Shown piece by piece: positions 12,481 to 24,680 of a DNA stretch of 64,000 bases. The notes beneath the pieces were generated by a model that made no database searches, was not told the origin of the DNA, and worked only from the letters and a program-made list of their open reading frames with translations. The stretch covers positions 81,346,001 to 81,410,000 of the forward strand of contig NC_058368.1 in assembly GCF_018350175.1 (NCBI RefSeq), in the 5' to 3' direction. The translations under genes and the position numbers were made by a program. The stretch comes from Felis catus. Lineage: Eukaryota. Each line of letters begins with the position of its first letter. Position 1 is the first letter of the stretch.

Positions 12481-12899
12481 TAACTCCTCTTTAAATAGTT
12501 GGTAGCATTCCCATGTGAAGCTGCCTGGTCCTGAACTTTTGTTTGTTGGGAATTTTTTTACTACTGATTCAATTTCATTGTTGGTAATCAGTCTGAGTTT
12601 TCTATTTCTTCCTGACTCAGAGAGGTTATAAGTTTCTAAGGATTTTATCCATTTCATCCAGGTTGCCCAATTTGTTGGCATACAATTTTTCATAATACTG
12701 ACTTACAATCCTTTGTATTTCTTTGGTGTTGGCTGTTATTCCCCGCCCCCCCCCCGCCACATTTCTGATTTTGTTTATTCGAGTCCTCTATTTTTTGATG
12801 AGTCTGGCTAAAGGTTTATCAGTCTTATTGATATTTTCAAAGAATCAGCTTCTAGTTTCATTCATCTGTTCTTTTGGCATTTTTTAGTTTCTATCGGAA

Positions 12900-13905
12900 C
12901 TATTTAATTTTAGAAAGTATTTTTCAGTTCTAGAATTTTCATGTGTTCTTTTCCAATCATTTTTACTTCTCCGTTGGCTTTGCCCCTCTGTTCCCACAAT
13001 ATATCCATACTTTCATTGAAAATTTTCAACCCATTTGTAATAGCTGTATTAAAGTCTATCCTTTCTGTCATTACAGTTCAGTTTCTTTTAAGTGATTTTA
13101 CTACTGTTCACATTTTTCTCACATTTCCTTGCTGCTTTACATGTCTGGCAGTTTTTTATTATATCCTGGGCATGATGGATGCCACATTGTTGAATGTCCA
13201 AATTTTATCATCTTCACTTAAAGAGTATGAAATTTAATTCTGAGGCAGTTAACTTACTTGCGGATAACCTTGTGAGGTCTTGTCCCTAAGCTTCGTTAGG
13301 ACACCTCTAGAGTAGTCTTTACTCTAGGGCTCGAGTAGCCCTAGTCTTAGCTTTATTCTCTTGGGATATTAGTGGAGCACTCAGTGAGTTCAGTGTGGTC
13401 TTTCCAGATTGGGTGGTCAGTGCTTCAGTATTTTCTAGCCCTGTGTAAGTTCTGGAATGTCCACTTCTCCCACTTCTCCTCGGTCATTGAACTTTGTCCA
13501 CCATATCAGAACCTGGCCTCAGCACAGACCACCAGCTCTTCAGTCAGGTACTCAAGGGGATGTCTATGCAGATTTCTGGAATCCTTGTCTGATGCCTCAT
13601 ATCCTGCCCTCCAGGTCCCCTTTTGGTCCTACCCTCCAACTTCCATCCCCTCACCCTGGCGGAACTGTCTTATTCTGCGTGGGCTCCCCCTCCCTGCACC
13701 GTGGTTTGAGAAGTGCCTCCAGGCAGAAATCTGGGTGACTGTGGGGTTGCCTCATCTGTTTTTACCCTCTCTGGGGTCACAATTTTATATTGCTTGTTGC
13801 CCAACATCTGAAAATAGTTATCTCATATATTTTGTTCTGTTTTATAGTTTCTTAATAGTAGAAGGTCTAGTTTGATACCAATTTTCCATCATGTCCAGAA
13901 GTATA
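12900..13905 (-). mobile_element. Ancient L1 5'/ORF1-side fragment
   Basis: ttttcagttctagaatt, gtaatagctgtattaaagtc, atgcagatttctgga, tctcatatattttg motifs typical of L1MC/ME. Confidence 0.55.
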
Positions 13906-14204
13906 AGTGCAAATGGAAATCAACCATCAAATTCAGCTTAAAAAATCACCAGAATTAAAAAAAATTTTAATAGTGGCCTTTCCACAAACAAATTTGCTCA
14001 GAGGACAAAGCCCAGATAAATTAAGTTTACTTGGATGGGGAGGATTTTCAGCATTCAACACAGTAATTTGCCACATGATTCCATCAAGTTCTGGTTTAGA
14101 CAGATACCCATTTATAAAATGAAATCAAGAGGAGGCCATAGTTCTTCCATGGACGTGGCCTACTAGATGAGGAAGCAAGAGACTTTGGTTGCTCTGGATC
14201 CATT

Positions 14205-14700
14205 GTGCCTACTTGTATAACCTTGGGCTATAACTTTGGTTCCCTGTGTGCCAAGGTTCCCTGGGACATCACGGCTCACTCACAGAGATGCCATGGGATA
14301 TTTTCAACTTTCAACAGAGGCACGGTGATACCTGTCACCTGGTGGACACCACGCACACAACCAGCCTCAAGTGGTTTGTTCAACATTAGATTATGCCACA
14401 CGCCTTACAAGAGCATCTTATCTTTGTCAAGGTGGGTTTTGAGCAGTTTCTGTGATAAAAAGTGAGCACCACACGCAGGAAAGTGACAGGAAGGTGATGG
14501 TGGCCAAATCGAATTCCAGTGGAGGGCATACGTGCCATTAGTAAGAAGTCGTGATTATTTGAGAATGTAATTAAAATATCAGTGTCTTCCTTCAATTTAC
14601 ATGTATTTTTTTCCAAATGGCTACAGATTTGTTAGTACCTAAAAATATTTTAAGTTGAAACTAAACTATTTAAAACTACTAGGCATTTTTTTGGACAAGG
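14205..14700. mobile_element. hAT-Charlie DNA transposon relic
   Basis: gtgccaaggttccctggg...tgccatgggatatttt...cagtttctgtgataaaaagt...tgccattagtaag. Confidence 0.55.
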
Positions 14701-14883
14701 ACCTCCTGTGACAAAATGGCAGAGACACTGAGGGCGCCATGGATTCAGAAAGCACAGGGGCTTCTGGACTGGACGGGTAACCTATCACCGGTCCCATCCG
14801 CAAAATGCAGGTGTTGCATTAAATTCTCCTTTTGTTCTGACATTTTAGGAATCTGCGGTTTTATATCGCTACAAGTGGTGGGG

Positions 14884-15004
14884 TTTTTTGTTGTTGTTTT
14901 GTTTGTTTTGTTTTAAGTAGGCTTCACACCCAGCCCAAGGCTTGAACTCATGACCCTGAGTTTAAGAGTCAGAGGCTCAACTGACTGAGCCACCCAGGCA
15001 CCCC
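14884..15004 (-). mobile_element. Short Can-SINE
   Basis: aagtaggcttcacaccca...gactgagccacccaggcacccc. Confidence 0.9.
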
Positions 15005-15290
15005 AGTATTACAAATGGTTCTCAAGTGGTAGAGTGAATGTGGCATGCTAATTGGGTCATTTCTATCGGGGGAGCAAAGAAGAAATGCTAAGATTCCCAG
15101 CTCATCTCCGAAGCAAGGGTCCCCAGGTCTCCAAAGGGAAAATAGGATACCAGAGACAGATTCAAGAATTCCTCAAGCCGATAAGAAACATGATTTTTAA
15201 GTCAGTTCAAATTCCCATATCAGACATGGGACAGCTCTAGCCCAGGGTAGAAACGCTGGATTCACTCCAGAACTCTCCCATACCTTTAGA

Positions 15291-15700
15291 ACAGGGGCTG
15301 TTAACCTGGGATCGAAGAACTCCATCCATGCACAGAATTCAGAACGCCCCCAGAACAGAAAAATATTCACCTTTATTTTTATTAACTTCGAGTTGAAACT
15401 TAGCATTTTTCTTCAGTTACGAACGTAGTCAACAAACGTCGGGAGTATTAGCATTTCCTGTGATGTTGCCACCCATTGAAATAATGGGATTTTCCTTTCA
15501 CAGTACAGTCTTACACTCACAGCCATTATGACCTTGCGGTAGTTTTTACACCTGCTGCAGACCTTATTACTCAGTGCGTTATGGAGGGAAATTATTACTG
15601 TATCATGAAATATTTTTAAAACGTATTTCGATAATCGCTTTTCAAAGTACAAGTTGTTTCTTTGATAACCTTAAGTATTGGTTTTAATTTTTTTTATCGT
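15291..15700. mobile_element. hAT-Charlie relic
   Basis: Begins caggggctgttaacctggg, a Charlie-type terminal repeat. Confidence 0.5.
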
Positions 15701-16236
15701 GAAGGACTTGGAACATACGTAAAAGTAGACGGAAAGATATATAGGCTCCCACACATCCATCATCCAGCTCTACTCCCAAATCCTTCTCAATGCTGCAAGT
15801 TCCTGTAGTAACTCCTATAGGTTGTCCATTGTGTAGAGTTTCCAACAGTCTAGGATATGGCTGCATCCCCATGGTGTAGTTCATCGTGTCCCTCTGTCCC
15901 TCTTTCTTCCGTGGTTCCTATAAACTGAAAATTGGCTCTAGAGGCTTGATGTCAGCAGGTTTTAGGGACAGAAGAAGGGGCGAGATTACTCCTGGATATC
16001 TCCATCAACAACCACGGGTCCATTAGTTGGTTAGGAGTCACAAAATGGTTTAACTCTACCATTTCTTCTAATGTATTATCTGTAACATTTCTACAAGGAA
16101 ACGCATGCCTCATCAATGATTTGGTTACCCAGTGGTAGAGTTAGTATAGGAAGTCAGAATACATGTTCTTGATTCTATTTATCAATTTTCTAAGTAATGA
16201 CTGGGTTCCTTTTATGCATCTCATTTTGTACACTTA

Positions 16237-16413
16237 TTTTTTTTAATGTTTATTTGGAGAGAGGCAGGGGAGGGGCAGAGAGAGACTCCCAAGCGGGATC
16301 CACTCTGTCAGCTCAGAGCCCGACACAGGGCTGGAACTTCCGAACCGTGGGATCGTGACTTGAGCCAAGATCAAGAGTCGGACGCTAAATGGACTGAGCC
16401 GCCCAGGCACCCC
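16237..16413 (-). mobile_element. Can-SINE
   Basis: Consensus-like body; TSD tttgtaca(c/g)tta. Confidence 0.93.
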
Positions 16414-17468
16414 TTAGTTTGTACAGTTAGAACCATTAGCCTGAGAAGGGGTTCTGGGCTTCACCAGCCTGTGCGATGAGGCGATGTCCCAGAACTTCCC
16501 CTGTGGACTCCCCCAAGAGATACAGACGCTCCTTCTAGCTCTTCTGCAGGGTCCTTCCAACCATAGCAACCGTCCATTCCCCTTGGCCCACCACACTTCA
16601 CCTCCTGCATGTTGGTGCTTGTGCTGGATGCATGTGTGTAAGTCTTACAGCAGGAGCTGTGCGTGTGGAGACAGCTCTGCTAGTGGCCATGTTCACGCGT
16701 GGACCGTGCTCCTTACCAACTGTATGGGCCAGGCAGATTCCTCACTCCTCGGACCTTCAGGTTCTCCATATAGAAACTGGAAAAATGTTATCTAACTTGA
16801 AGAATTCTTCTGAGAACTAAAGACGGGGAGATTCCTGAGAGATTGAGACATTATAGGTGCTCAACAAATATGTGTTAGATCTGATTCTTCATCGCCAACA
16901 GCAGAGAACTGTTAATTAGATCTTTGGTACTGGTCATGGCAGGGGAGCACCGCCGCTGTAGGGCCCTAGGTCACGTGGCAGCATTGCAGCCCCCGCCCCC
17001 CACCACTTCTCTCCACTCCCCCCTGCTTCCTTCCCGTGCCTTCTCCTCCGCCTCCTTCCATTCCCTCCTCCTCCTCTCTCTTGGCCCTTCACTCTTGCTC
17101 TCTGACTCTGTCTCTCTCTCTCTCAGCTCTCTTCCAAACCAATTTCCTGCCTCCCGAAGGTGCAGGGTGGCCCTGCTTGAGACAGAGCAGTCTGATTCTG
17201 AAACGCACTTTCTAGCGAGCTGTGTTCCACCCACAACACGACACATCTCATCTCTTCCCTGAGCCCTCACTAGGCTGCCCCATTCAAGACCTTACAACAG
17301 ATTCGGCATCTCACGCACCCTGGGCTTGAAGTGGCCATGTCCTGCACTGACCCTCGGTCCACGGAGAAGTATCTACGCTGTGTTTCAACCCATCCTTACA
17401 AGCTCATGGCATATTCCATTTGGTTCATCTGAAAAATCAGCTGGTCCCTAAAACCCCCTTAGGATTCT

Positions 17469-17500
<32 letters not shown>

Positions 17501-17659
17501 TGCACCCCCCTGGTCACATTCTTCTTCCCTTTCTGAGCTCTGCTGTCTCAATCTTTCAAGCACTCCCCTCAAGCCGTCTCACCCGCCATGCTGCTTCTTC
17601 TAAAGCAGAGGCACCTATCAGGATGGTTCCTGTGTTCACATCCTATGTGAGCAACCCCA

Positions 17660-17925
17660 GTGTCTATCAGTGTCTCTCACTGATGACTCATCAATATCTC
17701 AATGACTCATCAATATCTTATCAATATTTCTCACCAATGTCTCATCAAAGACTCATTAATGATTCCATCAGTGTCTCATTGATGTCTTTCATCAATGACT
17801 CATCAATGTTTCATCAATGATATATCAATGACTCGGTGATGTCTCACCAGTGACTCATCAATGACTGTCAATATCTCATCAATGTCCCATTGATGTGTAG
17901 TCCATGCCTCTCGTCAATGTCTCTA
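17660..17925. repeat. Degenerate ~11-bp tandem repeat (TCATCAATGAC-like)
   Basis: More than 20 imperfect units of ctcatcaat(g/a)(a/t). Confidence 0.9.
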
Positions 17926-20014
17926 CTTGCCCCGTCGGAGGTCCCATTGAGGGTAGCATGGTGGGCTGTTAGGAACATCTCAGTCATGAAGACACAAGTT
18001 TGGATGTTGGCTTTCCTGTATACTAGTGGGGTTCCCCTGAACCTCAGTTTTTTTTAGTGTAACTTGGGCATTAAAAGCCTGTGCCCCAGCTTTGTTGACA
18101 CTAAACAACAGATTTTGTGTCTAGTACAGACGTGTATTAACAAATGAGGGTCAACAAGTATGAGCCCCTTTCCTGCTCTGCCTCTCTCCCTGTCCACAGT
18201 AAAAGCTCTTCCTCCATTCCGGTCCCTCCTGGCGCCACAGGTCTGGGCTCCTTTAGCATGGCATTCAAGGCTCCTTGTTTTCTGCTGTTCCCTCAAAGGC
18301 ACCCCATCCCCTACTAATACCAAACATCCTGATATCTTGACGGATAGCAAATTGTGTCCTTGGCCCTAATCCATGTAGAAAATTCCTGCTCACGTGTGTC
18401 ATCCTCACGGTGGGCCAGAAGTGTCCGTGGGCTGCCCTCCACGCTGAGGCCCATGCATACTTCTGGATCTTCCTCTCTGTCTGGGAAGGCATTTCCCTGA
18501 TCCTTATTCCAGCACTCACGTAGAAAGTTCCAGGCCATAGGAAATAAGCTGAGATCTGAGTTCCTCTGTGACCTCATTTGCTGTAAGCAAAGTGAAACGT
18601 GATCATTTCACAGAATTGAAGACCTGGAAGAGCTTCTGATTTGGGAAGAACAATTTTTTAAATGGATTTGTATGCATAACATCCATTGCCGTTGGTGATG
18701 GTGGAGTCGGTGACTAATGAAAATGTTGTTTCCTGTGATTTTTATAAATTACAGTAAATATGCCAGTCCTCATCCACAGCAGCTGTTGAAACGCAGGCAG
18801 CCGTCTGGAGCAGAGGCCAGGGGACCTCACCAGAGCCTCAAGAGGTAGACCCCACAGGTGCAAATTGACACCCAGGAAAACAGTAGTTAATACATTCTAG
18901 AATTTGGAGAAAGAGAGAATGTTAAAATAAACGTATGTCAAGCAGACAAATTTGGACTTCTCCAGGAGGATCTGTCACGTCAAACAGGAAATAGCTATAA
19001 ATTACTTGTAATAGTAAAAATCTTGTCATTTATAACCTTTAAAGCAACGGGCTCATTTAACACATCAACTCCTAGATCATAATCTAGGACAGTCAGCCTG
19101 GGTATTTATTTCACTTTTAATGTGTAGAAGCCAGAGCCAACCATGCATGGTCCACAAAACACCCCACAGCGTGCCGTCAGCATTTGGAACCATAGAATGA
19201 GCCAGGGAGATAAGTACCTCAGCCCAGGGTGACGAATATGTCAAGATATGAAAACCCTTTCCGCTCCTAAAAAGAAAATTAAGACGTGATTGGAAATGTC
19301 ATGCCTTGGGTAGTCTCATAATGAATAATTCCAAATAAATCCCACCATTATTCTGTTTATTTGTTTTACTTAGAAGCTATTTGAAGTCATTGGAGCTGAA
19401 AGTGTGTCTCAACATGCCAAGCGTATTTACTGTATCTTGTAATCATCTTGCTAACCGGTGCGCGGGCAAACAATAATTGGAGTTCTGTGTTTGTTTCAGA
19501 CACCTCTGCGCATGCCGCCCACAGATGAGAAATCCGGCTCGGAGACATGTTGAAGGGCCGAAATGCCTTCGCTAAAGATGGACACACGAAGCCATCCTCT
19601 GCATGACTTGAAGATTTGGTGGCAACAAGGTATTTACGATGGAGATGCTCAGTGAAGTTTCCGTGCACCCAATAAGTACTTGGTGTTCGTGGATACGGGG
19701 TGGAGGAGGGAGAGGAGGGGCGAGAACGCGGTAACCACACCCTCCACGGTGAGGAAGCGCCCGCGGGGGTGGGAGCCCAGCCTACAGCTCACACTGGCAG
19801 CTATGCCGGTGTCACGAGGCACGAGGAAGGACACAGAGTTGGTCTCCACGAAGACACTAACGCAAAGCGTCACGCCGTCCTGTTTCTTTTGATATTCTCT
19901 CTGACGGCCTCTGACCTCCATGTTTTCTCCCCGACTCGGATCAGTCAGTGCTTAACTCTGCCAGAGCCAGCCCCCGGCTCCCGCAAGATGCTGCGGTCTG
20001 CACAGCACCTGTGA

Positions 20015-20297
20015 GTGTGTGACAGACGTGTGCACACACGTGTGCACAGGCAGGCACATATGCACACGTGCATGTTCACACACGCATGCGGGAACACACA
20101 TGCTGTACACACGTGCACACACGCATGCAGGCACAGGCACCTACACACGCGTATCCAGACACGCACACACACGCACACACATGCATGCAGGCACACGTGC
20201 ACAATCACAGATGCAAGCACATGGACGCACATTCACACACACGCATGCACGTGCGTGTTCACACACACACACACACACAGGCACACACACGTGCACA
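20015..20297. repeat. Mixed CA/CG/TG alternating purine-pyrimidine repeat
   Basis: cacacgtgtgcaca and acgcatgc units. Confidence 0.92.
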
Positions 20298-21249
20298 GCC
20301 TGGGATGACGCAGCTGTGGCAGCAGCCACATTAAGAATCCTGGGTCTGTTGGTTGGGTGACTTTTCCCCATTTTGCTTTTGTGCGGTCTCCCGGTACGCT
20401 TCCAATGGGGTAAAAATTTGCCTCTGTCCAAATGTATGAACGCAAGCTAATTTAGAAAGACCAGACCCACTAAATTTAATCTTAAGAAGAAGCTAACAAT
20501 TATAAATTAGCTTCAAGTGTAAGTAGTTCAACTGGTTCCTTGCATTTTGGTTGCTCTCCCTCTGAACTGAATCCTGTTTTCGTAGCCTGTTTTCGTGGCT
20601 AGTTTCCATAGACTGACCGGTGGTTGCTGATGAGGGAAGAAGTGGGGCTTGAGGACAAGAGAGAGTCTGCAGGTAGAGCTTGGGCACTATTCGGGGCACA
20701 CGGATAACAATCTCATATTTCCGGGAGAAGAGCGGATACCGCAAACCAGATCATCCAAATCAACAGCCTCCCGCCTGGAGTACCGAAACCGGACAAGCCA
20801 AACTGAAATTAGTCACTTTATTTTGGCTGACACACAACGTTTATATGTGTGGGGTAACATGCTGATCTTTAGGAGTGTGCATGCATCCGGTAAATTGAAG
20901 AACTGGATTCTTTCTGTAGCCTAGGTAATTTCTAGAAGCACCAACAACCTAGACCTTTAGCCTCGATTGTTGGACTGTTACCGGCAAAAGACTATTTTTG
21001 TCTTTTCTTTTTCTTCTTTTGGTGAACTGAATGGATAATGGTCTCAATTCTACATTTTTAAATTATACGTAGCTATAGAACATGTGTTGCGTGTGTTGAC
21101 TACATATTATTTTAACACATCTGTTAATTTTTAACAAAGTTACTTTCTCCAGAATGGTGGTTAATTTTGAAAACATCGTGGGCAAAATGTTACAGACTCA
21201 TCATTCGACCAGCGCAACCACGCATCCTGCGTTGGTTGGTTGGAAGACA

Positions 21250-21410
21250 CACGGTTTTAGTTTCATCACCTCTGGCATCTGCACGGACCGTTACCATCAG
21301 TGACAACTACAACTGTCACCAGCAGATTTGTTTCCTTGCACGGTGGCAGGTAAAATAAAGGTGCATCTTGCAATAAAGAGCATCTGAGGCTTGTTGAAGA
21401 AAACAAGTGC
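21250..21410. mobile_element. TcMar-Tc2 (Kanga/MER104-like) relic
   Basis: gacaactacaactgtcacc and aaaataaaggtgcatcttgcaat...gcatct resemble recalled Kanga termini. Confidence 0.4.
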
Positions 21411-22075
21411 ACGTGTGTGGTGTTAACCTACGGATAGTCTCTTGTCTGTGTGGTTTGGGGTGAGGACAGACGCGTGTCAAAGGTCACTGTTCGTCCGTAA
21501 CACGTCTCTAGGTTGGAATTTGTATGAATTAAGTTCCCAAACTTCAGCACGGTTGTTTTTGTTCTGAGTCTTCTATATGCAAGTGGTTCACACTGGATGG
21601 CTGTGTGTGTTTGACAGAGAGTTCCTCTTGCTTTGTCCGTCACCAACTGAAGAGGTTACAAACGAAAACTCTGGAAGACTCTCAGAGGAAGAAGCAAGCT
21701 GATCCAAACGGGTACCAAATCTGATGATGAGTCAAAAAAAAAAAAGTCACCAAGTTAGTACCACTGAATGGGATTTATTAATATTTTAAATTTCGAGATG
21801 AACGTGTAGATGTGCAGCAAAATGCCATGCTGTATTTGCACTTGTTTTCTGGAAACCTTACGAGGCAACTATTGTAATGCAGAAAAATGTCTACCACTGA
21901 CCCCTCAGCCGTGCTACCCCACATTTCCAGCCTGAATTGTTTCTCGTCTCTTCTCAGAGCCAGAAGTCCTGGAGGGGGCCGGGAGCCACATTTAAATATG
22001 AGGTCAGTTGGAGGTGGTGTGGGGACAGTAGAGAGAAGAGAAAAAGTATGTTTAGATTTTAAAATCTTTAAACAA

Positions 22076-22284
22076 TTTTTAATGTTTCTTTATCTTCAAG
22101 AGAGACAGAGAGGCAGAACATGAGCGGGGGAGGGGCAGAGAGAGGAAGACCCAGAATCCGAAGCAGGCTCCAGGCTCCGAGCTGTCAGCACAGAGACCGC
22201 CACGGGGCTCGAACTCACGAGCCGTTGAGGTCATGACCTGAGCCGAAGTCAGCCGCTTAACCGACCGAGCCCCCCAGGCGCCCC
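22076..22284 (-). mobile_element. Can-SINE (felid type)
   Basis: Consensus-like body ending caggcgcccc. Confidence 0.95.
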
Positions 22285-22559
22285 TAAATTTAAAAAATTG
22301 TAAATGATAAGGATTCCATACAGGAAAAACAGACGTGTTGGCCCAGTGCTCCCACACCTGCCTCTTAGCACAGCTTGCCGGCCGGTGGGACACAGGGACC
22401 TATGCACACACACGTGCGGTGAAGGCGTCTGTTTGTTTTGCCTCTGGCAGAGATGTGATTCAATGGCCTGGGTCGATGTGGCTTCACTTTTAGCCCCCTC
22501 TGCTTCTCCCCTCATCACATCATCCTGGCAGCGTTAACTCACTGCCCTATAGGTAGCAT

Positions 22560-23330
22560 TTAAAGGGAATTACCTATGACTTCAACTATTTGTCCCTTAT
22601 CGACTGATGTTACACTACAAGGATTTGCATTGAAAGGGCACAAAGAAGGAGCAAGTCGTGGCACCTGGCCAAATAAAAGAGTAATGTTCTGGTGAATTTA
22701 GCCTGAATAATTCACTGCTGTGGAAAAGTGGGAAAGTGCAAGGTGAACCCTTTGACCAATAAATCTCTCCTGCCCGTGAAGCCCTTATCTGGTCCCCTCC
22801 AACATATTCTGCACGAGGAAGCCATCATCGTTGGCTCTGGTTTGTTATTTGTAAACCTTGATCTTCTGCACTCGGTGTCCTAAATATGGATAATTAGCAT
22901 CAGTTTATCGTGCTTCTGCATATTTTCTCTTCTCTCCAAACATGCGCGCTTCTATTGGCTGCCGTTCTGCCACAGAAGATTATGGAGACAGATTGCAGAG
23001 AATGAATGTGCTCAACGAGATTAGGAAGGAATAGAAATACCAACTTGGCCAATAAATTCCTCGTGAGAGCCGCTTATCATACAATTACACGTTGACTTGT
23101 CTCACACTCTCCCAGCCCCTTAATCCAACGCCCCCCCCAAGAATAAAATTTCACTAATTTCTGAATTGCTGCACACCCCCCTGACTTGTTACCGAGAACA
23201 GTTGGAGGGAGAAACGCTGCCGAAAACAACACGTCAAACTTTGCAATAAATAAATTAAACTTTAAATGTCAAAATGGGCGGGATGAGTTTGGGATGTTGC
23301 AAGCCTGTTAGCATCTGTGAATGAATGCAC
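22560..23330. promoter_or_regulatory. Candidate enhancer / conserved non-coding block
   Basis: Repeat-free AT-rich block with CCAATAAA at 22756 and 23049, GCAATAAA at 23243, plus TAATTA and GTAAAC motifs. Confidence 0.4.
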
Positions 23331-23385
23331 AGAGCCTTGGCACAGAGAGGCATTCAACTTCTCTTTGAGCACCAGATCCTCCCAT

Positions 23386-23916
23386 TGTGCCCCTGATGGG
23401 GGCTCAGAGCTGTATGGGGGGGGGTGACTGTGCCCCTGGTGGGGGCTCAGAGCTGTATGGGGGGGCTGTGCCCCTGGTGGGGGCTCAGAGCTGTATGGGG
23501 GGGGGCTGTGCCACTGGAGGGGGCTCAGAGCTGTATGGGGGGGGGCTGTGCCACTGGTGGGGGCTCAGAGCTGTATGGGGGGGTGACTGTGCCCCTGGTG
23601 GGGGCTCAGAGCTGTATGGGGGGGTGACTGTGCCCCTGGTGGGGGCTCAGGGCTGTATGGGGGGGCTGTGCCACTGGTGGGGGCTCAGAGCTGTATGGGG
23701 GGGCAACTGTGCCCCTGGTGGGGGCTCAGAGCTGTATGGGGTGGGAGGGGCTGTGCTCCTGATGGGGGCTCAGAGCTGTATGGGGGGGCAACTGTGCCCC
23801 TGATGGGGACTCAGAGCTGTATGGGGGGGGGCTGTGCCCCTGGTGGTGACTCAGAGCTGTATTGGGGGGTGACTATGCCCCTGGTGGGGCTCAGAGCTGT
23901 ATGGGGGGGGAGGCTG
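23386..23916. repeat. ~40-bp G-rich minisatellite, 13 copies
   Basis: Unit CTGTGCCCCTGGTGGGGGCTCAGAGCTGTATGGGGGGG(TGA) with a variable G run. Confidence 0.96.
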
Positions 23917-24624
23917 TCTGACGTGCTGTAGGACAGGACCAAGCCTTGGCTTAATTTCTTATTATTACTGATAACAATCGGATGCCTCTGAGTGCTTGTG
24001 GGCACGTCACTAGACCTCTGTGAGTGCAGTCCCCTCCTCGCTCAGACATGTGTCACACGTTATGGTTCCTTATACACATTTATGTGCAAAAATCAAATCT
24101 TGCCCATTCCTTGTCACAGAGAAGCGTGTAACCACGAAGGCTGCCTCAGGGCATCCACAGAGAGAGCCCTCCTGTCCTTCTGTGTCTGTGAATGTTACTC
24201 TCCCCAGGGCTTTATAATCAGGTGGGTATTTAAAGAGGCCCATTGAACTCTCCACCAGGCAGTAGTCATTGTTATGACACACCCACAAAAGCCAGGCACC
24301 CCTACCAGAGGAACCTCCATGGGCCAGAAGTTATGCTCACCGGAAGAATGGAAACCCAGATCATGTCCTAAAACTGATACATTTGTGCTGGCAGAAGAGG
24401 AGAGGCTTTCAGTTCTCCCTGAGGAAAAGTAATCGCTGAAGACACTCACAGCAATTATAAACAGTTTTCACGCACAGATCATGAGGTTGCCTTCACTTTT
24501 TTTTTCTCCAAGTCACGTCCGTTAGGCGTCACCAAGGAGAGGACCTTATACCCAATCCAGAGAAGAGACTCCATAACTCCGGAGAGCTGTTTCCAGGTTC
24601 TGAGCGCAGAGACAAACCTGGACA

Positions 24625-24680
24625 ATATTCATTCGGCACATGCATACTGAGCGCCTCCTCTATGCCAGGACTGTTCTAGA
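24625..24680 (-). mobile_element. L2 3' end fragment
   Basis: attcattcggcacatgcatactgagcgcctcctctatgccagg. Confidence 0.55.

Larger units (their letters stand above)
9172..12895 (-). mobile_element. Carnivore-type LINE-1, 5'-truncated, interrupted by four SINEs
   Basis: 3' UTR near 9172; ORF2 peptides at 10236-10478 ([24 protein letters not shown]) and 11612-11881 ([15 protein letters not shown]...[11 protein letters not shown], reverse transcriptase domain); many stops and frameshifts. Confidence 0.96.

Noticed and set aside
20701..20740. lac operator-like CGGATAACAAT
   Set aside because: Only an 11-bp partial match with no other vector sequence; chance
23428..23445. CTCF-like CCACCAGGGGCAC in minisatellite units (- strand)
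   Set aside because: One base shorter than the CCACCAGGGGGCGC core, so the spacing does not fit
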